Of a stretch of 34,125 bases of DNA, positions 1 through 11,129 are shown one piece after another. The notes below the pieces were generated by a model. It ran no database searches. It was not told where the DNA came from and saw nothing but the letters and a program-made list of their open reading frames with translations. The translations under genes were made by a program, and so were the position numbers. Numbering within the stretch: the first letter of the stretch is position 1; each line of letters opens with the position of its first letter. Location: the NCBI GenBank assembly GCA_051453625.1, contig JBOZIK010000001.1, positions 192,233 to 226,357 on the forward strand, in the 5' to 3' direction. The DNA is from Welwitschia mirabilis (Eukaryota).

Positions 1-3000
1 TCTTACAGGATCTTTAGCTCCTTTCTAAATAATCTCAATCCTCAATGACTTAATATCTTTTTTACAATTGTAAAAATGTGGTTTAGCTTTAACCATCCTC
101 TAATTTTTTTTAAATAATAATTTTCAAATATTCTTGAAATCTATCGATGAAGTCATATAACTTCTAGGGGTAGTAGTCAAGGCTATGTGGCATAGCTAAT
201 TCTTTATACCTGAATCCAATCCATTTGCTCAAGTTCACTTCTATAAGATGAANNNNNNNNNNNNNNNNNNNNNNNNNNNNNNNNNNNNNNNNNNNNNNNN
301 NNNNNNNNNNNNNNNNNNNNNNNNNNNNNNNNNNNNNNNNNNNNNNNNNNNNTTTATACCTGAATCCAATCCATTTGCTCAAGTTCACTTCTATAAGATG
401 AAGCTCATGCAATCTCATATTTTCTTTTTCCAAATTTTGGATAATAAGTTGGGTAGAATCGAGGCTTATTATTCCAATATCCCTTATTTAATATAGTATG
501 AGATTCTTTCAGAGCATTAATTGTACTTAAATTTCTTTTGTTCTTCATCTTACTAATCAAAGTTAAAGAAGTTGAGAGAGTGTTTTAGATCAAACTTACT
601 ACTCTTCTGATTTCCTCCTTTATTTTTGATAGTAATTGTTTTATTGAGAAATCATATGTAGATTAACTCGAAGAGATTACCTCTTCCATTCGATTCTTAA
701 AAGCCTTATTTTCTTCTATTATCTAATATATGGTTCTCTTATTTACTCCTAAAAGAGACTAATAGTATCCTATAGAATTATGGAATTTGAGCCATTTATG
801 TGTATATTCTTGGGCCTCTGCATAGATCTTCATGAATTTTTGTTCATTCCTATAGGTTTGTGTAGATTTTGTCCAAATATTTTCTATTTAGGAGTAGAAG
901 CNNNNNNNNNNNNNNNNNNNNNNNNNNNNNNNNNNNNNNNNNNNNNNNNNNNNNNNNNNNNNNNNNNNNNNNNNNNNNNNNNNNNNNNNNNNNNNNNNNN
1001 NAGAAGTCGAGAGAGTGTTCTAGATCAAACTTACTACTCTTCTGATTTTCTCCTTTATTTTTAATAGAAATTGTTTTATTGAGAAATCATATGTCGATTG
1101 ACCAGAAAAGATTACCTATTCCATTCGATTCTTGAAAGCCTTATTTTCTTCTATTATCTAATATATGAATCTCTTATTTACTCCTAAAAGAGACTAATAG
1201 TATCCTATAGAATTCTGGGCTTTGAGTCATTTATGTCTATATTCTTGGGCCTCTGCATAGATCTTCATGAATTTTCGTTCATTTCCTATAGGTTTGTGTA
1301 GATTTTATTTAGGAGTAGAAGCCCTTCATTGTGCATAAATGTAATGAATTTGTACTAGTGCTCTATGTATTTAGCATCATACTTTTTTCTTGAATTAAAT
1401 TTTGCAATAAGAATACTAACATGTCTAGCCTTTCCCTTAGAATATTTTTTAATTCTCCTCTATCTTTAGCAATTATCTCTAGTTCAGAAATGCATTGGTA
1501 AGTTCTCTATAATTTTTTATTGAAATCTCTGAAATATTCAAAGAGCTGAATATTTTATTTCTTGTTGATGATCTCGTAATGTATCTTTTTATTATTTTCT
1601 TTTTCTTGATCCAACATCTATCTCAAGAATTTATTTTTAATTTTTAGATTATCAACTTGATTCTGTAATGCCAAAACTTCCTCCTTTCTATCTAAATAGT
1701 CTTAAATTTTATCTTTGACTGAGTTCAAAGTACTACAGAGGTTATCCATCTTGTCTTCCTTTAGTGCTTTGGATAATTGGCCAGATTGAAGTACATGGGA
1801 AGGTAGGATTTCTTCAAATGTGAATTTGATTGGATCTTATGATGCACTTAAAGAAAGAAGAAATGCAGGTAGACTTTAAGGGGTATAAAAGGATTCCCTT
1901 GGGTTTGGCTAAGTGGTCCTATGTCCTAGAGTTCTCATAAGACTTAATTCTTTAACTCTAAATAGACTCTGAATATAATTATTTGATTGGAATAAAACTT
2001 TATTTTTACTTAATATTTGAGCTATTAAAAGGGACAATCCTAGCCATACTATGCCTAAGCTTTATTTTCAACTTTTATTAATTTTGTAATGTGCCTTGCC
2101 AGTCCCAAAAGGATTCTGTCTCCAATATTTACATTGGTATGATTTATCTTGTCCTTTACTATTGCTATCATATATAAGCTAGGTAATGTGAAATCTTTTT
2201 GCTTGTAAAGAATAGGTACCAAATTACTAGCCATAATTTTTGAAATGATAAAAACTTCTAGTTCTATATCTTTAGTATTCTTTCCTATACTGCCACCCGT
2301 CTCTGTAGACTTATGCTTAGATTCATGTANNNNNNNNNNNNNNNNNNNNNNNNNNNNNNNNNNNNNNNNNNNNNNNNNNNNNNNNNNNNNNNNNNNNNNN
2401 NNNNNNNNNNNNNNNNNNNNNNNNNNNNNNNNNNNNNNNNNNNNNNNNNNNNNNNNNNNNNNNNNNNNNNNNNNNNNNNNNNNNNNNNNNNNNNNNNNNN
2501 NNNNNNNNNNNNNNNNNNNNNNNNNNNNNNNNNNNNNNNNNNNNNNNNNNNNNNNNNNNNNNNNNNNNNNNNNNNNNNNNNNNNNNNNNNNNNNNNNNNN
2601 NNNNNNNNNNNNNNNNNNNNNNNNNNNNNNNNNNNNNNNNNNNNNNNNNNNNNNNNTACCAAATTACTAGCCATGATTCTTGAAATAATAAAAAATTCCA
2701 GTTCTATATCTTTAGTATTATTTCCTATACTGCCACCCTTCTCTGTAGACTTATGCTTAGATTTATGTCTTTCTTTTTGTTGGTGTTATTAATGAATTTT
2801 CCACTGGGTGGTAGATGCAACATTTCTTTGATATCTTCTTGAGTAATTACTATTCTCTAATTTTTCATGATTGTTTCTAATACATTTTTAACATCATTTA
2901 TTTTTAAGTTCTTGTAAAATTTATATATGGATTCTAAGGAAAGTTGATTGTTTAGAGTGAGTTATTCATATTATTTTAACTCAACAATCCTCTATTTGAA

Positions 3001-3260
3001 TTATATCAAGTAGGGATTTGAAAGAACTTGTGCATAATTGAATGAAGAAATGAACTTGCATTCTATCAATTTTTGCTGGTGTTGAACTTAGATATGAAAA
3101 CATGTATGTAGTAGAGTAATTTTTGTAACAAACAACCTTTGAAAAATAACTCACTAAGTAAAACTTTTCTTTAGAAATGTAAAGTATTATTTTCATATAT
3201 TTAAAAGTATTACATTCATTGAATTCATTCCACTCTCCCTCCATGTGAAATTTGGCATGC
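1..3260 (-). pseudogene. Degenerate long accessory ORF (Athila ORF1/env-like 'putative plant transposon protein' domain plus coiled coil), copy A; 3' end lies beyond the window
   Basis: Manual minus-strand translation at about 2805-2990 gives LSLESIYKFYKNLKINDVKNVLETIMKN*RIVITQEDIKEMLHLPP, resembling the VxEFYxNL...VxGxxIxIxxxxIxxxLxLP motif. ORF-track pieces 2981-3244 and 164-433 fall in the same reading. Confidence 0.62.
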
Positions 3261-3650
3261 TCTTGAATGCTTAAATTAAAGTGTTAATAATACCTAAGAT
3301 TTTTTGCTCAAAGAAATTCCATCATTACTTAAGAACTAGAAAACAAAAAAGCACTTAAGAATGATTAGGTAAAATGCATGGATGAAAGTAGAAATTATTA
3401 ACCTGTTTCCCATCTTGAATAGGCAAAAAATCATACTGAATATTTTATTTAATTCGCATGTATGAGAAGTAAACAAGAAATTTCACTTAAAATAAAATAG
3501 ATGCAGCTAGAGTTTTTCATACTTTGTTGATTCTAGAAAAAATTGAATTACATATTAGTAACATGTAAATTAGAAAAATTTACTAAGTTGAAACTGATAT
3601 TGTGGATGCTAACATGGTTGAGACATGTGAAACTAAGATTATAATGGGAT

Positions 3651-3968
3651 TCATCAAGAACAAGAAGGAGTCATTGAGAATGCATTTAAGTAAAGTCCTA
3701 AAGAAATGAAAAGGCATATTTAAGTGGTGGTTGCTTTCCACAACACTGAGTTAAATGAAGATCATCGAGAACTCTTAAATTCTCGATGAGAACTTTCAAA
3801 TCCATTATGGAATAGGTCAAAAGAATTCAAAGATGGTCATTAAGAACTCTTGAGTTCTCAATGAGGTCTTTCGAATTCTAATCACTATCTTTATAAAAGT
3901 AAGTAATAATGAAAAAGTGAAGTCACATGATAAAGTTATAGTGGAAAGTTAAGGGGGGTCATTAAGAA
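3651..3968. repeat. Dispersed TCATYRAGAA motifs including two palindromes (consensus about TCATCAAGAACTCTTGAGTTCTTGATGA), copy A
   Basis: tcatcgagaa-ctcttaaa-ttctcgatga at 3762-3789 (perfect 10-bp arms); tcattaagaactc-tt-gagttctcaatga at 3837-3864; half sites at 3651, 3671 and 3959. Confidence 0.75.
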
Positions 3969-4008
3969 GAAGACCTTCCACTTTTAGAAGCAAGTTTAAA
4001 GAGATGAA

Positions 4009-4409
4009 GTTGACTAAAAATCTGCTCCAAAGCTTTGTCTTTGGAATGGTGTCATTGAACATCTAGAACTTGCATACTAATGGTCTAGCTTAAAATTGGA
4101 GTTGAAGTTGTGACTTCAAGTTAGTGTCAGTCAACTAGACAATCTTTCTTTTGTTTATAGGATGAAGAAGTAATAAGGTTAGCTTAAAATCCAACTTAAA
4201 GTTTTGACTTTAAGCTAGTGTTAGTCAATCAAGTGAGCTTGTTTAATTACAGGTTTTCAAAGCACAAAAAGACAAATGAGTTGGCATGAAATATAGCTCA
4301 AAGTTTTGACTTTGAGTTGATGTTAGCCAAAAAATTCAAATTTGCATTACAATAGTTTGATATGAAATTTGACTTAAAGTTTTAACTTTGGATTGATGTT
4401 GGTTAATCA
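4009..4409. repeat. Array of five ~50-bp palindromic repeats (core CTYAAAGT-tttg-ACTTTRAG) separated by dissimilar spacers, copy A
   Basis: Cores at about 4025, 4102, 4195, 4297 and 4373. Each is preceded by (g)ttRRcWTRAAAT and followed by GTTRRTGTYAGTCAA-like sequence. Confidence 0.8.
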
Positions 4410-5144
4410 AGTGATCTTGGATTTCAAGGCCTCTTTTATGATGATATTTTATTGGAATAAAAACATTAGTAACTTTCATTTCTTATTCTTCCTTAAAACA
4501 AAATAAAATAATTTTTTTAAGTTATTGGAGATGACCTAAAAAGTTTTTTTTTGATTAAAAAGTATTTGTAGGGTTTTTGGTAATTACTTGATAATGTATT
4601 CTATAATGATTAGGTTCCTATATTGGTATGCAGCTTAACAAATCTAAATAGATAATAAATCAATTTGAACTTCTAACTTCAAATTAAATCTTGATTAGTT
4701 TGGGATTTCTTAACTCTAGACTTATTCTGAGATTAATGCTGATGCTCAACATACTCATCTAATAGCAAAATAGGTATACCACTTTTACCCAATCCTTTAC
4801 TTCAAGATTGAATATGTGTACACTAAGTAATTTAATATGAATTAAACTTGTCAAGCATAATAGTAAGACTTATGCTATAAATCTCATTCTTTACATGACA
4901 TTCATCCATCATTCTTTACCTAAGTTTTAGAGTTCCTTTAATTAATCATCTTNNNNNNNNNNNNNNNNNNNNNNNNNNNNNNNNNNNNNNNNNNNNNNNN
5001 NNNNNNNNNNNNNNNNNNNNNNNNNNNNNNNNNNNNNNNNNNNNNNNNNNNNCATGACATTCATCCATCATTCTTTACCTAAGTTTTAGAGGTCCTTTAA
5101 TTAATCATCTTTTAATCTTTCTTATCTATTCTCCATTAGTCCTC

Positions 5145-6424
5145 ATGGCTTGCACTCCTCCTACTTCTCCTATTGCTGCCTCTGGCATTAAGAAGGTGAA
5201 ACATTACTTTTTTAACTTGGGTTCTATACAAATAGACAGATGCATTAGTAGTGTAGACCCCTAGTCACCTCAAGTATCTATTAGATCTAAAAATGTAATG
5301 CAAAAGTTTTTGTACTGTGATTACAAATCAATTACTAAGGTCTTAGATACCTTAGATTCCTTCATTACTAAGGTTGTAAAGANNNNNNNNNNNNNNNNNN
5401 NNNNNNNNNNNNNNNNNNNNNNNNNNNNNNNNNNNNNNNNNNNNNNNNNNNNNNNNNNNNNNNNNNNNNNNNNNNNNNNNNNNNNNNNNNNNNNNNNNNN
5501 NNNNNNNNNNNNNNNNNNNNNNNNNNNNNNNNNNNNNNNNNNNNNNNNNNNNNNNNNNNNNNNNNNNNNNNNNNNNNNNNNNNNNNNNNNNNNNNNNNNN
5601 NNNNNNNNNNNNNNNNNNNNNNNNNNNNNNNNNNNNNNNNNNNNNNNNNNNNNNNNNNNNNNNNNNNNNNNNNNNNNNNNNNNNNNNNNNNNNNNNNNNN
5701 NNNNNNNNNNNNNNNNNNNNNNNNNNNNNNNNNNNNNNNNNNNNNNNNNNNNNNNNNNNNNNNNNNNNNNNNNNNNNNNNNNNNNNNNNNNNNNNNNNNN
5801 NNNNNNNNNNNNNNNNNNNNNNNNNNNNNNNNNNNNNNNNNNNNNNNNNNNNNNNNNNNNNNNNNNNNNNNNNNNNNNNNNNNNNNNNNNNNNNNNNNNN
5901 NNNNNNNNNNATTACAAATTAACTACTAAGGTCTTAGATACCTTATATTCCTTCATTACTAAGGTTGTAAAGATAATTTTGGAAGTGGCATCATTTCCTC
6001 AAGATTTAGTCTTATGATCCATTACTTAATGAGTAAATATCTGAGGGTGAGAACTAAAGAACTTCATCGATAACTCAATTATGGAGATTTAGGTTATGAT
6101 GTTTCTTTGGGCCAGCTAGCTAGGTAGATGGAAGTGCTAGAGAAAATGGTTAATTATCGTCAGAGCACAAACCTTATCCTTAACCTTTCTACATTTAGTT
6201 TTAATAATAAAAATATAGAGAACATAATATGAGAAGCAAAACCTTATCAAAACTTTTGGTGAGCCCACCTAAAGGAGATTAATATGTTATCTAAATCTTC
6301 TAAGACTAGGCATTCTCATAAGAGAAGCAAGTTTTATGGCCACTTCAAGAATTGAATTGCTTTAGTTGGTGATTTATTTGCTTAGAAATTTGAGATATAT
6401 TTTTGCCATTATTCCTACAACTAG
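5145..6424 (+). pseudogene. Degenerate antisense ORF of the retroelement (about 250 codons once the gap overlap is removed), unknown product, copy A
   Basis: ATG 5145 reads MACTPPTSPIAASGIKKVKHYFFNLGSIQIDRCISSVDP*SPQVSIRSKNVMQKFLYCDYKSITKVLDTLDSFITKVVK, in frame with track ORF 5298. It ends ...HYSYN* at 6424. Homologous to 16676-18955. Confidence 0.6.
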
Positions 6425-7579
6425 ATGTAATAAACTATTTTGCTTAAAATATTTTTGATTTTTATTTTAAATAAAGTTTTTTAATACTACTTTTATTTTA
6501 TAATTAGACATATCAATTCAATTAAAGGAAATTCAAACTAAATGATTTATTAAATTATTAAGATAATATGAAATGATTTTAAGACTTCAAAATTTTCCCT
6601 TAGTTTAAATAGAATTTAATGATTATACATGCTATTGAATTGAAAATATTAGGATACACATTCCATCAGAGAATAGAATATTTTTCTTTTGGTTCCTTTT
6701 CTCTCATGATCTCTCTCTCTTTTTTCTTTTTCTTTTTTTTTTTAAATAAATTATGATAGAGTTATAATTTTGGTAACTAACTGTGTCTTAGATTACTCTT
6801 AGAGTACAACTGTTTCTGAACTTTTTATTTTTTCACAACTTAAGTTAATCATANNNNNNNNNNNNNNNNNNNNNNNNNNNNNNNNNNNNNNNNNNNNNNN
6901 NNNNNNNNNNNNNNNNNNNNNNNNNNNNNNNNNNNNNNNNNNNNNNNNNNNNNNNNNNNNNNNNNNNNNNNNNNNNNNNNNNNNNNNNNNNNNNNNNNNN
7001 NNNNNNNNNNNNNNNNNNNNNNNNNNNNNNNNNNNNNNNNNNNNNNNNNNNNNNNNNNNNNNNNNNNNNNNNNNNNNNNNNNNNNNNNNNNNNNNNNNNN
7101 NNNNNNNNNNNNNNNNNNNNNNNNNNNNNNNNNNNNNNNNNNNNNNNNNNNNNNNNNNNNNNNNNNNNNNNNNNNNNNNNNNNNNNNNNNNNNNNNNNNN
7201 NNNNNNNNNNNNNNNNNNNNNNNNNNNNNNNNNNNNNNNNNNNNNNNNNNNNNNNNNNNNCTACCATATTGCACTACCAAAGGCCCCTCTCGGGAGTATT
7301 TGCCTTGCTGTACTTTCTCGTTCTCTTCTTTTTTTTTTTTTGAAAATATCATAGAAAGTATTCTGCTCTATGATGGAATGTTTCTTCTTAATCTTCTTAA
7401 TAAAGATAATGCACAATTCCTTGTTGAAGACTTACTAAATCAGCTTCTTGCTTTATAATCATTACATTTACTTTAAATAATCTAGTAAANNNNNNNNNNN
7501 NNNNNGCTTTAAAGAAATGACATGTCCTTTATTATATAATCTTGGAATTTATTTTCTAAGTAAAGTGAAAGTATTCTTT

Positions 7580-8760
7580 CCATCCTATTATGGTTTCTTA
7601 AATAATTTACCACTGATTTCTTTCTCTTTTCTTATTAACTTGATAAGTTACTCTTCATGAGGATCATATATTTCTATGGCTCCATTTCCTAGAATTTTTG
7701 TAATGGTATAGGGTCCTAGTTAATTTTGTTCATATTCTTAATTTAAATGGATTTTCTTAGGATTATAAATTAATATAAAATATTCCACATTAAAACTTTT
7801 TTCCTGATTCTGTTAGCATGATACGTTTTAGTTCTCTGTTATATAAGTTCTTTATGCAAAAGAGCTTGTTTTCTATTTCTATCTAAACTATTTATGTTTT
7901 CTATCCATTCTTTTTGAGTTGTATCTAAGTTACATTTTAGTTCTTTAGCCAATTTAAATGTTTCTATCTTAAATTCAATTGACCAAATAGCCTTTTTTCC
8001 ATAAACTAATTCATATAAAGTAAATCTTGTGATATGTTTCCAAGTTATTCTATACATCCATAAAGCTTCATTTAATTTACTAGCCCAATCTATTTTTTTA
8101 ACTATTTATGAATTTTGTTAATATTCTATTTAATTATCTATTTGTTACTTTATCTTAATGATTAGATTGAGAATGATACATTGTAGAGAGCTTGTAGTGG
8201 ATTCTAGATTTAGTCAAAATTTTCTCAAAGACTTTACTAATGAAATGGGTTTCTATATTAGATATAAGGCTTTAGAAAGCTTCAAACTGATAGATAATAT
8301 TTCTAAGAAAAGAGTTAACTATGGTTTCAGAAGAATAATTAGTCATAGCCTAGCCAAAATATATCTTTTTCAAAGGATTTGGAATTGTTGGGTCTAATAA
8401 GATATATTCCCCAAACATCAAAGGATGTGATTGTCTAAATCCATTTTTGTGGCATTTCTAACATTTGCTTAAATGCACCTTCTCTTTGACATTTATCACA
8501 ACCTTGGATATAAGCATTTAAATCCTTGAATATGATGGGCCAGTAGTATTTCATTTGGATAATTTTTATTATTGTTCTTTTTGCATCATAATGTTCTTAT
8601 CCTTCTCCTTGATGAGCTTTCTTTAATATTTCATTTTTTAGGTATTCTTTTATATATCTTCTGATAACATAATCTTTGTATTCTTTAGATAACAACTTAT
8701 CACGTCAAATATAATCTCTAGATATTTTTAACAATCTTTTTCTTTTATGGTAATTCATAA
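7580..8760 (-). pseudogene. Retrotransposon integrase (degenerate), copy A
   Basis: Zinc-finger half YWPIIFKDLNAYIQGCDKCQR at about 8480-8550; core remnant VWGIYLIRP; WASKLNEALWMYRITWK...YELVYGK at about 7990-8090; GPY motif (*LGPYTITKI) at about 7700. Confidence 0.9.
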
Positions 8761-8806
8761 AAGAAGGTAATATTTTACTCATAAGAAAGTTAGCTATATT
8801 AGAATA

Positions 8807-9260
8807 TCATGGATTTATTGTTACTTTAAAAAGATGTTTACCTATAAACTCATCTTTTATTTTGATCTGTTCTTCATCTAGAAATTCTAATCTTGAGAGA
8901 TGATATGCTATCACATTCTCTATTCTTTTCCTATTAATAATTTTTAAATCAAACTCTTGCATTAATAATATCCATCTTATAATTCTTAAGTTTGCTTCTT
9001 TCTTAATAATTAAAAATCTAATGGCACTATGGTTAGCATGAAGATTTAATTCATAATCTAAAACATAATGTTTAAACTTTTTTAATGTCATTACCACTGC
9101 CAACAACTCTTTCTCTATTATTCTATAAATTTTTTTATTTGATTTGAATTTCTTACTAATATAAGCATGGTATAAGGTTTATTGTCTTCATCGTTTTTCC
9201 TTAAAACTACTTTCATTATATGATTAGATGCATTAGTCATAATATAAAATGGTCTTGCCC
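8807..9260 (-). pseudogene. Ty3/gypsy RNase H domain (degenerate), copy A
   Basis: ELLAVVMTLKKFKHYVL...NHSAIRFLIIKKEANLRIIRWILLMQEFDLKI...ENVIAYHLSRLE matches the Athila-type RNase H consensus (EKELLAVV...DH.A..YL..KK.AKPRLIRW.LLLQEFDL.I...NVVADHLSRLE). Confidence 0.92.
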
Positions 9261-10359
9261 AATTTGTCCCTTAAAAAATAGGTGCTGATAAAAGTTTATC
9301 TTTTAAGGTTTGATAAGTATTTTAACATTAATCAATCTAGTCATAATCCACATTCTTTTGCAAGAGATTAATCAAAAGTTTAGCAACTTTACTAAAGTTG
9401 GATATGAATCTTATATAATATCCAACATGTCTTAGGAAAAATCTAAATTCTTTTAGTTTGGTTAAGGGTGGGATATATTTATAGATTTAATTTTCTACTC
9501 ATCAGTTTCAATTCCCTTTTGAGATTTCTTGTGTCTTAACACTATGCGTTCTATCACTATAAGTTAACTTTTTGACCAGCTAAGTCTAAGGCATTTTTGT
9601 TTACATCTTTCTAAAAATTTTTCTAGTCTATTAAGTAACTTCTCAAAAACATTTTTCAAACATTAACAAATCATCAATAAATACTTCAATTAAACTTCCT
9701 ATTATATATCTAAAAATGCTATTTACTAAACTTTAAAAAGTAATAGGAGCATTGAATAATCTAAATGGTAGTATCTGATAAGCATAAGTACTTCCATGAG
9801 AAGTGAAAGTTATTTTTTCTTCATCTTCTAAAGCTATAGGGATCTAGTTATAACCACTATATTAATCCAAAAAGCTATAGTATTGATGTCTAGATACTCT
9901 TTCTAAAACTTGATCTATAAATGGAAGAGGAAAATAATCTTTATAACTTACAATATTTAACATTTTGAAATATATATATACTCTTCATTTATTTTCTTTC
10001 TTTGGTACAACCATCACAAGACTAACCCATTCTAAATTAAATATAGGATAAATGAACTCCACATCCAAGAGTTTATAAATATTTTATTTAATTATATTCT
10101 ACATGTATGGGTTACATCTTCTTTCTAGTTGTCAGCTTGGTTTAATAGAGGTATCTAAATAGATTCTATGTTGGCATATTTTTGGATCTATTCCCTTAAT
10201 ATCTGTATGATTTCAAGTAAAGGATACTTTTCTTTTAATTAACATCTTTTTAAGTTTTTTTTTTTTAAGAATGAGTTAAACAACTATTTATGATTAGAGG
10301 TCAATTAGAAGCTATATTAATATACATTAACCCTTCCTTAAGTAAAGGCTTTTCTATCT
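9260..10359 (-). pseudogene. Ty3/gypsy reverse transcriptase (degenerate), copy A
   Basis: Manual translation gives DIKGIDPKICQHRIYL; WVSLVMVVPKK; KDYFPLPFIDQVLERVSRHQYYSFLD*YSGYN*IPIALEDEEKITFT; LPFRLFNAPITF; catalytic IEVFIDDL (FIDD at about 9670-9681). Confidence 0.93.
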
Positions 10360-11129
10360 NNNNNNNNNNNNNNNNNNNNNNNNNNNNNNNNNNNNNNNNN
10401 NNNNNNNNNNNNNNNNNNNNNNNNNNNNNNNNNNNNNNNNNNNNNNNNNNNNNNNNNNNTATGCTAGTTTATGTTCAACTACACAAAAAGGAGCAAATAT
10501 AAATAAAATTACTTTTTTAAGTAATAGAACATGCACACAATGATACTTAAATATGATTTTTATCTTTATATTAAAATACCAATTACTACATAAAGATATG
10601 CTAAGGCTTGTATTATTCTTTGCAGGTAATACTTTAAAGTGTGGAAAATGCTACTTCACCCTTTATAAGATAGCTGGAGATTTCTTTCTTGACATTATTC
10701 CTTATTCTATTCCTAGAATGTCTTGCCAAAAAGATCTTCACATTTGGTAATGATCCCTTTTTTATATCANNNNNNNNNNNNNNNATTTTTTGCTCCTTAG
10801 GAATAAGGATATGGTTGGGGTTGTTACTGCTTTTCCATTACCTCAACCTTCTCTCTCATCTTCATTCCACATGGTATCCTATACCTAAAACATAATAATA
10901 AAATGTACATACTAATCTATTGACATACTAACTACCTAACCTATTAATTAGTAAGTATACTAATAAAGAAAAACATTTATTATTATTTAAAATGAATAAT
11001 TAAGATAACAAAAACACTTCATTAATAAGTAAGATTTACATTAAAANNNNNNNNNNNNAGTTCCCCTAAGTTTAAAGTTTTATTAGTTCCTTAATAAACA
11101 AATATATACAAAAGAGAAAAATAGAGAAA

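Larger units (their letters stand above)
1..10359 (-). mobile_element. Degenerate Ty3/gypsy (Athila-like, non-chromovirus) retrotransposon, copy A: RT-RNaseH-integrase followed by a long 3' accessory region; runs off the left edge; gag and LTR not seen
   Basis: pol motifs at about 7580-10359. Region 1-8700 is colinear with about 11697-20812 plus 33662-34125, e.g. 1 'tcttacaggatctttagctc' versus 11698 'tcttctaggatatttagcttc'. Confidence 0.88.

Noticed and set aside
4009-4409. CRISPR array (palindromic repeats with unique spacers)
   Set aside because: The repeats are too degenerate and irregularly spaced, there are no cas genes, and the context is a plant retrotransposon. Kept as a hairpin-array finding instead.
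8158-8397. 79-aa + strand ORF
   Set aside because: Antisense shadow of the integrase core.
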